From positions 186,001 to 250,000 of the IMG/VR virus record IMGVR_UViG_3300032334_002567: a DNA stretch of 64,000 nt, one strand, 5' to 3'. The translations under genes were made by a program, and so were the position numbers. This document shows, piece after piece, positions 37,596 through 46,305 of this stretch. The notes below the pieces were generated by a model that ran no database searches, was not told where the DNA came from, and saw nothing but the letters and a program-made list of their open reading frames with translations. The first letter of the stretch is position 1, and every line of letters begins with the position of its first letter.

Positions 37596-39088
37596 TGATT
37601 TCTATTTTCTACTTGAGCTAGTTGTTGTCCAACAATTGGTGTTCTTGTTTGCTTTCTTAACATCTCAGGAACAAATGGTACATCGTACTTCTTAAGTACC
37701 TCTTTAAGGTTATTCGCATAAGGTGCTAAACTTGGACTTTGTAGGTCGTTATTTTTGATTGCCTTTATCACATTATCGATGTTCTGCTTGGTTGGCGGGA
37801 AGTTCAATTCTAAGTCGCCGGAATCTGTTTTCTTAATTAAGTGTTCATTGCTAAAACCTTCTGCGTTTCTAAAAAAGGAACCATCTTTATTTAAAAGCAA
37901 TACTTTATTATTATAGTAATAAGTTGCGGGGTCATGTTTAACCATAATTCCTTCATAAAGTTGAGACTGATTTCCATACCATTTTACCACAACTATTGTA
38001 TTGATTAGCTTGCTTAAAAAAGATTGAATTTTTCTTTTAAATTCCTTTTCTTTACGTATTTTCTTTAGTCCTATTACAGTGTCTCTTTGTGTTTGTAATA
38101 TGGACATCAAAGCTTCTTTTTTATAAGAACTCGGCAGTGTTTTTATTATTTCTCGGATGTAACTTCGGGTTAGATACAAATTAGGAGAAACCCTTAAAAA
38201 ATCAGCGGGTCTCAAATAATCTGTGTAGAATCTCTGATACATTAAGCTCATTGCAGGATCGGCTGCAGAGAAATTAAAGCCATTTACTTTTGACCCAGAT
38301 TTTTCTTCTTCTTGATTCATTTTCGCCACAGAAGCCAATAAATGATTGTATATTTCTAAAGCGGTTTTTGTGTCGTTATTTTTTGTAAGGCTGTAGCCGT
38401 TTGGTCCTTCAAAATATATTTCATAAACATTTTTTAATTGCTTGCCTTGAAAGTTTATGCTTGATGGTTCGATACCTACTTTGTATTCGTTGCCTTTTAT
38501 TTCAAACTTTGCTTCATAGCCTCCATGGCTGTCTGGTGGGTTTTCTTCTTCATGAGAAATTCTACGTTCTTCCTGTTCTGATTCGTGGTCACTCATTTTT
38601 TCTTGTACACAGGCGTCTATTGCTTCATCTCGGGCTTTTCTTATAGCTTCTTCCATTTCTTCTCTTCTTTCATCCATTTTATCTCGCCAATCTTGTAGAG
38701 CACTATCATATTCAGACTGAGCACTTTCTAGTTCTTCTTCCCAATTAGCAACTGCCTCTTCATGTTCCTCATCTGATGACGAGTCTTCTCTTTCTGGTTT
38801 GGGGTTTTCTTTTTCCCATTCCTCTCCATTTATGTGTTCAAAGTCTGGGTCTTCATCTGGCTCATCATATATGGGTTCGTCATAAACATCTTCATAACTA
38901 ATGTCATCACCCGCATCCATACAATCTTCATAAGCACTATCATGATCAAATTCTTCTCCTTCGAATTCTTCTGATTCACCAGGTCTTTTTTTTAGTTTGA
39001 TTTTGTCGAGTGGTAATTGAGAGGCACTACGCAAACCTTCCCAGAATATTTCGCCGTTATTACTTAGCCATTCACTGAAGTTGAACAT
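37592..39088 (-). CDS. Paralog-family protein with leader MFNFSEWL and a long acidic insert
   Basis: D/E-rich N-terminal third; shared FEGPNG...IYNHLLASV...GFNF...YL.P domain. Confidence 0.75.
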   Translation of the reverse strand: MFNFSEWLSNNGEIFWEGLRSASQLPLDKIKLKKRPGESEEFEGEEFDHDSAYEDCMDAGDDISYEDVYDEPIYDEPDEDPDFEHINGEEWEKENPKPEREDSSSDEEHEEAVANWEEELESAQSEYDSALQDWRDKMDERREEMEEAIRKARDEAIDACVQEKMSDHESEQEERRISHEEENPPDSHGGYEAKFEIKGNEYKVGIEPSSINFQGKQLKNVYEIYFEGPNGYSLTKNNDTKTALEIYNHLLASVAKMNQEEEKSGSKVNGFNFSAADPAMSLMYQRFYTDYLRPADFLRVSPNLYLTRSYIREIIKTLPSSYKKEALMSILQTQRDTVIGLKKIRKEKEFKRKIQSFLSKLINTIVVVKWYGNQSQLYEGIMVKHDPATYYYNNKVLLLNKDGSFFRNAEGFSNEHLIKKTDSGDLELNFPPTKQNIDNVIKAIKNNDLQSPSLAPYANNLKEVLKKYDVPFVPEMLRKQTRTPIVGQQLAQVENRNH

Positions 39089-39091
39089 AAT

Positions 39092-39403
39092 TTATTCCTC
39101 TACAAAAAAAGCTTTCTCCCACCAGTCATCGTTTATCTGTTGGAAGCCCGCAGCCAAATATTCAGCAGTTTTGTCTTTGCTAACAAATTTCGCATGACCT
39201 GCACCGTCATAAGCAAGGTACATTGAAGTATTTGGAATTCTTGCAATAAAATTGGATCCCTGATTCATTACCTTCCCAGATTGATTTATCGTGGGTGGAG
39301 ATTTCTCAAACTGCATATCAACTGCAGCTACAATTTGATCTTTAATTTTCACCGGATGCGGCAAAGTGAAGCTTGCCATTTCTATAAATTGTTTAAATTC
39401 CAT
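39092..39403 (-). CDS. Small protein with leader MEFKQFIE
   Basis: TATATA 4 nt before the ATG. Confidence 0.65.
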   Translation of the reverse strand: MEFKQFIEMASFTLPHPVKIKDQIVAAVDMQFEKSPPTINQSGKVMNQGSNFIARIPNTSMYLAYDGAGHAKFVSKDKTAEYLAAGFQQINDDWWEKAFFVEE

Positions 39404-39442
39404 AATTTATATATTAACAATAGAAAAAAAATGGGGGTATGA

Positions 39443-40176
39443 TTGTTTACTTTAGCATTATTGGCAATTTTTATCTTTATTTTAGCTATACTTATAGGCC
39501 CAATTGTTTTCTTGGTTCATAAGGTAGACTTTGTCCCAAACTACATAAAATTTACTATTTCTTTTGTTTCAATTTGTTGCTGTGCTTATATGATAGCGGT
39601 AGTGCCAGTTCCTATATTGCAACTATTCTTTTTAATTTCTATAGGCTTTATCTTAGCTGCAAGGGGCAAACCTCACATAAAATAGTGCAGATGTATTGCG
39701 TAAACCAAGCAAAGAAAAAAGTGCCCCATCATGCAAAGAACCAAGAATTTGCATGTATTTGCCATTGGGCTAGTGTACTCTAGTTGCTTTACTATTTGAT
39801 GTACACGAATCTTGTCAAGCTTATTTTGACATATTAAATAGTTGAGCTGAACATCTGTGCAATCACCACTAACGTATCTTTTTGCAAGGTTGTATTCTAT
39901 ATCTGTATTTTCCATTTTAGGCCTCAAAATATTGTAGTATTGAATGCCTAAATATATCAAAATGGAGGAAGAATGGAAATATTAACTAATTTTTGGCTTT
40001 GGCTAGCTGTATTCATTGTTTCCGGTGGCTACATTCTTTATATCAAAAAGAAAGAAAGAGAAAACGTACAGGCACAGTTTGTTATTACCGGTACGTTGCT
40101 TATTGTGTTTTATGCGGTATGCTTTTGTTCAGGAATATGCACTATTTTAAATTTTATTCGCAACTGGTTTTTTTAA
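39443..40176. CDS. Three small membrane-protein ORFs (39443-39685 +, 39673-39960 -, 39973-40176 +)
   Basis: Hydrophobic segments. Confidence 0.5.
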
Positions 40177-40184
40177 GGTAAAAT

Positions 40185-41420
40185 ATGAATTTTAAACAAT
40201 GGCTCCTTACAGAAGAGCGTCAATCAATGGGTGCATCTATCCCCATGCCAGATGAAGTACAAATTCTATCCAATCTGTTTAGTAGTTTTGGAGCTAAATT
40301 GTATGCTGTTGGTGGAGCTATAAGAGACTACTTATACCATATATTCCACGATAGACATATTCCTTACAACCCCAAAGACGTAGATTTAACCACAGATCAA
40401 CCACCAGATCAAGTTACAAGAATACTTAGCTCTCCAGCAGCAGTTCAGCATGGGATTAGGGTCTTACCTAAGGGAGAAAGCTTTGGAGTTATCAGTGCTA
40501 TTATAAATGGCAAAGAATTTGAGATCGCAACCTTCCGAACAGAAGTCTATGATGCTGCCACGGGTGATGGCAGAAGACCAGATAGTGTTCAATACAGTAC
40601 AGCCGCTGAAGACGCCAAGCGTAGAGACCTTCACATAAACGCATTGTTCTATGATCTTCATAGCAAAGAAATACATGATTACAATGTAGATGAGAATGGA
40701 GAGGGAGAAGGATTTAAGGACATTAGGAACAAAAAAGTTAGAGTTGTAGGAGATCCTTTTGAGAGATTTAGAGAAGATAAGCTTAGAGTTTTAAGGCTTG
40801 TCAGATTCTTTTGTAGGTTTAATGAGGACGTGATAACCAGTCACTTAGATTCAAGAACATTATCTGCCGTAGATAACTTCAAGGATTTGAAGGGAGTTAG
40901 TGGCGAAAGAATAGCAAATGAATTTATTTCTGGACTTAAGACTTGTAAGAGTACAAAAAACTACATTTTAAGCTTCAAGTCTTTGGGGTTGATACCAACA
41001 ATATTTCCCGGCTTAAATGTTAATACTTCTGAAATGGATGCTATGGACTCTTCAAGAAACTCAATAGCAGTCACTGCTTTTTTACTCAGAGACAATGATA
41101 TAAAAGTTATTAAATCTAAGCTAAATTCACTCAAGTACTCTAACGAATTTATAAACACACTTTCTTTGGTGCTCATGGCAGCTTACAAATTAGATAAGTC
41201 TAATTTTATTCGTTTGTTAAGAATGAGAGATAATCTAAATGATAGCTTAAAAAGTTCGCTTGTTGAATTCGGTAAAATAAGTGGTCTGGAAAGAGAAATG
41301 AGTCATTTTGTACATTACACTCAAGTCACAAAATCAGAAGACTATATGCATCTACAGAATGAAAAAAGAGGAGAGAAGATGAGTGAAGATGAATACGAAA
41401 ATTATAAGGAAAATTCATGA
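40185..41420 (+). CDS. cca: Class II tRNA nucleotidyltransferase (CCA-adding enzyme) with leader MNFKQWLLTEE
   Basis: VGGAIRD, DVD, EIATFR.E, RRDLHINAL, FREDKLRVLR; poly(A) polymerase GRRF signature absent. Confidence 0.88.
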   Translation: MNFKQWLLTEERQSMGASIPMPDEVQILSNLFSSFGAKLYAVGGAIRDYLYHIFHDRHIPYNPKDVDLTTDQPPDQVTRILSSPAAVQHGIRVLPKGESFGVISAIINGKEFEIATFRTEVYDAATGDGRRPDSVQYSTAAEDAKRRDLHINALFYDLHSKEIHDYNVDENGEGEGFKDIRNKKVRVVGDPFERFREDKLRVLRLVRFFCRFNEDVITSHLDSRTLSAVDNFKDLKGVSGERIANEFISGLKTCKSTKNYILSFKSLGLIPTIFPGLNVNTSEMDAMDSSRNSIAVTAFLLRDNDIKVIKSKLNSLKYSNEFINTLSLVLMAAYKLDKSNFIRLLRMRDNLNDSLKSSLVEFGKISGLEREMSHFVHYTQVTKSEDYMHLQNEKRGEKMSEDEYENYKENS

Positions 41421-41908
41421 ACTCTTTCATTTCTTGGCTAGAAAATAGAGATAGAAAAGAACTCATACTAATGAGAGGTGTTTCATCATCGGGTAAAAGC
41501 ACTGTAGCTAAAAGTTTGGTTGGCGGTGGAAAGATATTCTCTACAGATGACTTTTTCATGCAGGGAAATAGGTATGTTTTTGACCCAAAAAATATTGGTA
41601 CAAACCACAAACTAAACCAGAGCAGAACAGAAGAAGCTATGAAACAGGGTATTAGTCCAATTATAATAGATAATACTAATACTGAGTCTTGGGAGATGAA
41701 ACCTTACGTTTTATTGGCCGATAATTATGGATACTCAATAAAAATAGTAGAACTACCACCTTTAGACATAGAAGAGTTGATGAGACGACAAGAGAGTAGA
41801 AGATCTTTTAATAAGGCTTTGCCTAGAAAGTCCTTGGAGCGGGCGATAGAGCGCTATCAACACAATGTAAGTGTAGACGATATTCGAAATAGTTCGCCTC
41901 CTTTTTAA
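41417..41908 (+). CDS. AAA_33/N4BP2-like P-loop polynucleotide kinase with leader MNSFISWLE
   Basis: RGVSSSGKST, STDDFF, IIDNTN, WEMKPYV; ATGA-coupled to cca. Confidence 0.82.
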   Translation: MNSFISWLENRDRKELILMRGVSSSGKSTVAKSLVGGGKIFSTDDFFMQGNRYVFDPKNIGTNHKLNQSRTEEAMKQGISPIIIDNTNTESWEMKPYVLLADNYGYSIKIVELPPLDIEELMRRQESRRSFNKALPRKSLERAIERYQHNVSVDDIRNSSPPF

Positions 41909-41910
41909 TT

Positions 41911-42498
41911 ATGTGTTTATTTGATGCCTTAATCCTTTTATATTGTTCTCCAATTATACTGCTTTATTTTTTGATGTGCTCAACCATACCTTTCATCAGG
42001 GTAGGAGAAATAAAGAAGGGTAAGGGTGTAGATTTGTTTATTTGCCGGGATATAATCCACTCAGACTTTATTTTTAAATCTAGTCTTTGGAGTGAAGTTT
42101 TTGAGCCAAAAGGCGAATACATTAAAATCGGTTGGGGAGACAGAAAAATATTCTTAGAAACAAAGGTTTGGGCTAATCTAAGAGCCTTTGATGTAATGAC
42201 AGCATTTGTCGGTATCAATAAAACAGTTTTAAGAGTAGAGTTTTTGGACACAGTGCCAGAAGGCTGTGTCAAAATGGAAATAGATGACTGCCAACTAGAA
42301 GTGATTAAAATCCACGTTAACCAATCTTTTAGTGGTAAACCTATAAAGAAGCAAAGTTGGCACTGTGAACGTGGAGACTTTTACGAGTCTAAGTTGAGAT
42401 ACAATTGTATAACAAATTGCAATAACTGGGTTAATCGTGCTCTCTTCGTATGCAGAGCAACCAATAGAGTTTGGTGTCCACTAAGTTTATACTTTTAG
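41911..42498 (+). CDS. DUF2459-like protein
   Basis: IHSD, IGWGDR, TNCNNW. Confidence 0.7.
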   Translation: MCLFDALILLYCSPIILLYFLMCSTIPFIRVGEIKKGKGVDLFICRDIIHSDFIFKSSLWSEVFEPKGEYIKIGWGDRKIFLETKVWANLRAFDVMTAFVGINKTVLRVEFLDTVPEGCVKMEIDDCQLEVIKIHVNQSFSGKPIKKQSWHCERGDFYESKLRYNCITNCNNWVNRALFVCRATNRVWCPLSLYF

Positions 42499-42692
42499 TG
42501 CTTTTTCTTTTTGTGATTTTTCTTTTTATGTTTTTTCTTGAGGCTGTTGCGACTAGCCTTTACATAAACTTGATCCGACCCAGTTTGATTCGCTAGTGGA
42601 GGATGAGTTCCTATACCGCCATATTGGGGTGGGTAAATTCCAACTATTCCTTCTCCAAGTCTGCTTTTTAGAAATTCAAAAAATGTTTTCAT
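42495..42692 (-). CDS. Small basic protein with leader MKTFFEFL
   Basis: LGE after the leader; K/H-rich tail. Confidence 0.65.
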   Translation of the reverse strand: MKTFFEFLKSRLGEGIVGIYPPQYGGIGTHPPLANQTGSDQVYVKASRNSLKKKHKKKNHKKKKH

Positions 42693-43000
42693 TGGTTAAA
42701 TACGTTCTTTCCTGTTGAAGCTTGCATTTTGCTTGTTTCTTCTACTAGCTGTTCAAATAAAGCTAACATTCTGGGATTTCTTGCAACATACCTTAGTAAA
42801 GGAACATATGTGTTTGACTTCTCTCCAATTTTATTTGAAATTCTATTTAGAACTCTTGCAAATGCATTTTTGTCCTCGTGCCCGGTATTTAGCTCGTTAT
42901 CATCAGGGTTAGCAGCGGCCTGTGTTTGTCTATTAGTCATTTGAGGGTTTGCTACAATCGGTTGTGCATTCATATTTTGAACTAATTCATAGAAATTCAT
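42689..43000 (-). CDS. Hypothetical protein starting MNFYELV
   Basis: AAGGA RBS; TATATA at 43027. Confidence 0.6.
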   Translation of the reverse strand: MNFYELVQNMNAQPIVANPQMTNRQTQAAANPDDNELNTGHEDKNAFARVLNRISNKIGEKSNTYVPLLRYVARNPRMLALFEQLVEETSKMQASTGKNVFNQ

Positions 43001-43132
43001 TTTATTCCTTTTCTGTGTGGACAAACTATATATGCTTAAGGGAAAAAATCAAAATGACAGACTTAATGATATTAAATTATTTGGCCTTTTTTGCGTTTGT
43101 TTTAGTTCTATTAACTTGGATACATTTCAACA

Positions 43133-43567
43133 ATGATTAAATTTAGTGTATGGTTAGAAAACAAGATTAAAGCTATTCGAACAGCTAGTGATGCTGAGTT
43201 GGACCAAGTTGTCAAGGGAGCACCTTACACTTCTCCTATGTTAAGAAGAATTAACTATTTAACAAATAATGGGAAACCGTTCGATCCTTCTAGTCCGGTA
43301 AATGATTACTTTCAACATTATGTTGGCGTTAACAAAACAAGATCTAGAAAAGCAAATAAAGATAGAGCCTGGGCTTTAGGGCTGGAAGTGCCAGAAGAAG
43401 ATAGAGAAATAATTCGGGTCGGGGGCATTGAAAAACCCAGCAGTGCGGTTCCTTATCTTAAACCAGATCACATAAAAACAATTACTAGGCTGGGTGCAGG
43501 AAAGCAAAAGCCCAGAGATGCACAAAGATTTGTAGGTACTTACAAAAGATTATTTGGCGAAAGATGA
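43133..43567 (+). CDS. Hypothetical protein with leader MIKFSVWLE
   Basis: Coupled to the next gene. Confidence 0.65.
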   Translation: MIKFSVWLENKIKAIRTASDAELDQVVKGAPYTSPMLRRINYLTNNGKPFDPSSPVNDYFQHYVGVNKTRSRKANKDRAWALGLEVPEEDREIIRVGGIEKPSSAVPYLKPDHIKTITRLGAGKQKPRDAQRFVGTYKRLFGER

Positions 43568-44280
43568 AAACATTCAAACAATACCTAGAAGATCGTCAAA
43601 TAATGATTTTTTCTACTAGACCGGTAGAGTTATATCATGGTTCAAACACTGGAGCCGATAATAGTGCTTTAAATAGCTTGTTAAAAGATGGCATTAAACC
43701 AACAGTAGCTCAAGGACATGGCCAAGGATCAGGTTTTTATGTATGGTCAGATAAAAACAGTGCCATCAACCACACTAAAGCCATAACCTCAGGCTCTATT
43801 ACAACTAATGCTAAGACAGACGGTCTTCCAATGATAGTAACAGTCGAAGCCATAGCAGACCCAGAAAAATGGGATTTAGATTATGAATCTAATAAACGAT
43901 CAATCGTTAATTGGCTACATGATAATTTTGAAAAACTTCAACCGCTATTGAAACCAGAAGACAAAGTTCAACTAAGGTCTAAACAGAATAGAGAAATCGT
44001 AAACAATAGAGATGAAAAAATAATGTCAAAGGGTGTAAGTGTTTCTTTAGAGACTTACAAAACACTATATGCTCAGAGTGAACCTAATATTCGGGACGGA
44101 GAGGTTATAGCACCAATTATAAATAAGCTACAACAAAAAGACCCTCAAACTGTACATAAATTCGAAGAACTATTTTTTGCCAACATGAAGCCAGGGGTTG
44201 CAATAAAGTATGTTGGCAGTGAAATATTAAGACCCAAAAGAATAGAGATATTTAAAGATGGTCAATGGGTTCAAGCTTAA
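43564..44280 (+). CDS. ADP-ribosyltransferase-like (H-Y clade) protein with leader MKTFKQYLE
   Basis: LYHGS...SLLKDGI...GSGFYV...A pattern of PARP/diphtheria-toxin-type ARTs. Confidence 0.6.
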   Translation: MKTFKQYLEDRQIMIFSTRPVELYHGSNTGADNSALNSLLKDGIKPTVAQGHGQGSGFYVWSDKNSAINHTKAITSGSITTNAKTDGLPMIVTVEAIADPEKWDLDYESNKRSIVNWLHDNFEKLQPLLKPEDKVQLRSKQNREIVNNRDEKIMSKGVSVSLETYKTLYAQSEPNIRDGEVIAPIINKLQQKDPQTVHKFEELFFANMKPGVAIKYVGSEILRPKRIEIFKDGQWVQA

Positions 44281-44636
44281 TTAGGGAATCTATTTCTGAT
44301 GTGGTCAACGTCTTTCATTATATCAGTGTTACACCTAGTCCAGTTTTTAAGGTGCCCGAAAAATAGATGACAATTAAAGCTTTCGCTTTCACAAAGAGAA
44401 ATTAGATTTTCTGGGTCAAGTTCTCTGTCAGGATCTAGATGAACTGGGACTATATGATGTGGCACAACATTCTTGTCGCTTCCGCATATCGCACATCTTG
44501 GATTATTTTCTAGATGTGCAAGTCTAACTTTTCTCCATTTTGAAGATCTTGGATATGCTAGAACCTGCACCTCATCTACAGAAAGGCTCTGTATCTGATC
44601 CCGAAAACAAAATAATTTTTTTAAGAACTCTATCAA
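44277..44636 (-). CDS. HNH endonuclease
   Basis: CAICG...PHHIVP...NLISLC...CH. Confidence 0.85.
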   Translation of the reverse strand: MIEFLKKLFCFRDQIQSLSVDEVQVLAYPRSSKWRKVRLAHLENNPRCAICGSDKNVVPHHIVPVHLDPDRELDPENLISLCESESFNCHLFFGHLKNWTRCNTDIMKDVDHIRNRFPN

Positions 44637-44648
44637 ATGAAACTTTCC

Positions 44649-45032
44649 TTATTCTGGTTTTGAAGAGTAGTGATTTCCACTTCTTGTCATTCTTGACCAT
44701 GAAGAGAAATCAGAAGATCTTAGCTTGCTACCTTTTTCAGCTAATCCAATAGCTTTACTAACTGCTTCTTTTATTTTGGATTCTTCTTTTAATCCATATT
44801 CTAAAGTTCTTTTAATTTCAAGAAAGACTTTTAGCAACTCACTATTTAATTCTACAAAGTTTGCTATTCTTTCGTCTTTTTCATCTATCATGTCTGCGAT
44901 TTGACGCAAATGATGTGTATGAGAAACCTCTGATTTGAGTGTGCCCGCTGGAGGAGTGCGTGGAAGGCCAATATCCCCGGTCGGCGGTACATTTTCGGAT
45001 GATGATTCTAAAAATTGCTCAAAACTTTTCAT
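44649..45032 (-). CDS. Hypothetical protein with leader MKSFEQFLE
   Basis: AGGAG RBS; TATATA at 45058. Confidence 0.7.
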   Translation of the reverse strand: MKSFEQFLESSSENVPPTGDIGLPRTPPAGTLKSEVSHTHHLRQIADMIDEKDERIANFVELNSELLKVFLEIKRTLEYGLKEESKIKEAVSKAIGLAEKGSKLRSSDFSSWSRMTRSGNHYSSKPE

Positions 45033-45126
45033 ATTTGTCTCCTGTAGAATTCACTTTTATATATCAAAACTTGACAAAAAAAGCAAATTAGGCTATCATT
45101 CACTGATCTTGCCAAGGAAATATCAC

Positions 45127-45585
45127 ATGAAAGAAAATTTGTGTAAATCTCTGAAGATTCTCCCCACAGACTACGAAGATTACGGGGGTGAGGTAAAGAG
45201 ATGGAAAGATCCAAATTTAAATTACCCAGATTGCTCTTCTGGATGTAAGTTTTTTGCTGAACTAAAAGGTTCTTTAGGCCTTGATTGGGGCGTTTGCTCA
45301 AATCCAAACGGCCCCAGAAAAGGAATGTTGACTTGGGAGCATCAAGCTGGTTTTGGATGTTTTGAACGTGAGCCGTCTTGTGAAGTAAAAGATGTAGTTC
45401 AAGAAGTCATAGATCATTTAAATAAGACCACAAAACTCCCAGAAGGTTGTGATTTAAGTGATCTTGGAAATGAAATCGGACTTGTAATCGGCAAATATGT
45501 CACAAGCAAAAACATTGGTTTCGAACTAGAAAGTTTCTTGTCGGGCGTTAAACACGGTGTTAGCTTAGTTGATGGGACACATTAA
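45127..45585 (+). CDS. DUF3027-like Cys-rich protein
   Basis: DCSSGCKFF...DWGVCSNP...LTWEH; TTGACA-N17-TATCAT at 45071. Confidence 0.6.
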   Translation: MKENLCKSLKILPTDYEDYGGEVKRWKDPNLNYPDCSSGCKFFAELKGSLGLDWGVCSNPNGPRKGMLTWEHQAGFGCFEREPSCEVKDVVQEVIDHLNKTTKLPEGCDLSDLGNEIGLVIGKYVTSKNIGFELESFLSGVKHGVSLVDGTH

Positions 45586-46197
45586 ATGGGCAAAGTTACA
45601 TTAATTGGCGACTTGCACGGCAAATATAAAAGATATCACGAAATAATTCGTGAGAAGGATCGCTTTCCATACACCGTACAGTTGGGCGATTTTGGTTTTG
45701 ATTATGAAACTCTTAAAAACGTTGATTCAAAAAATCATGTTTTCGTTGGAGGTAACCACGACAACTACGAAAAGGTTAAAACCGTCCCCAATTATCTTGG
45801 TGATTTCGGACACATGGTCAACTTTAACGGTTTAGACTTTTTCTATTATCGTGGAGCTTACAGTATCGACAGACAGTATCGCACTATAGGAATTGATTGG
45901 TGGGCAGAAGAACAAGTGAGCGTTGAAGGCTTTATGGAAGCTAGAGAACTTTATCGTGGGATAAAGCCTAGAATTATGCTTACTCATGATTGCCCCGAAA
46001 AAATAGCATATCTGATGTTGGAGCCCGGATGTAGAATATACCAAAATATGACGGGCTGGGCGTTACAAGAATTGCTCAATATTCACGAGCCAGAATACTG
46101 GATTTTTGGTCACTACCATCAATCTAAAACTATTAAGCATGGTAACACCACATTTATTTGCCTTGATGAACTAGAAACTTATGATATAATTGCATAA
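45586..46197 (+). CDS. Calcineurin-like metallophosphoesterase
   Basis: GDLHG, LGDFG, GNHD, THDCP, FGHYH. Confidence 0.92.
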   Translation: MGKVTLIGDLHGKYKRYHEIIREKDRFPYTVQLGDFGFDYETLKNVDSKNHVFVGGNHDNYEKVKTVPNYLGDFGHMVNFNGLDFFYYRGAYSIDRQYRTIGIDWWAEEQVSVEGFMEARELYRGIKPRIMLTHDCPEKIAYLMLEPGCRIYQNMTGWALQELLNIHEPEYWIFGHYHQSKTIKHGNTTFICLDELETYDIIA

Positions 46198-46305
46198 GTC
46201 TGAGTCGAAAGACTAACGAATCGCGGGTATTTCGTTAAATAGACAGCCGTAGACTTTGGTGGTTTTGTGTAAGACTGAAAACCACTTTTTAATGAAAGTT
46301 GAAAA

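Noticed and set aside
40185-41420. Poly(A) polymerase call
   Set aside because: PAP-specific GRRF signature absent; long flexible loop and EDxxR templating motif fit a CCA-adding enzyme
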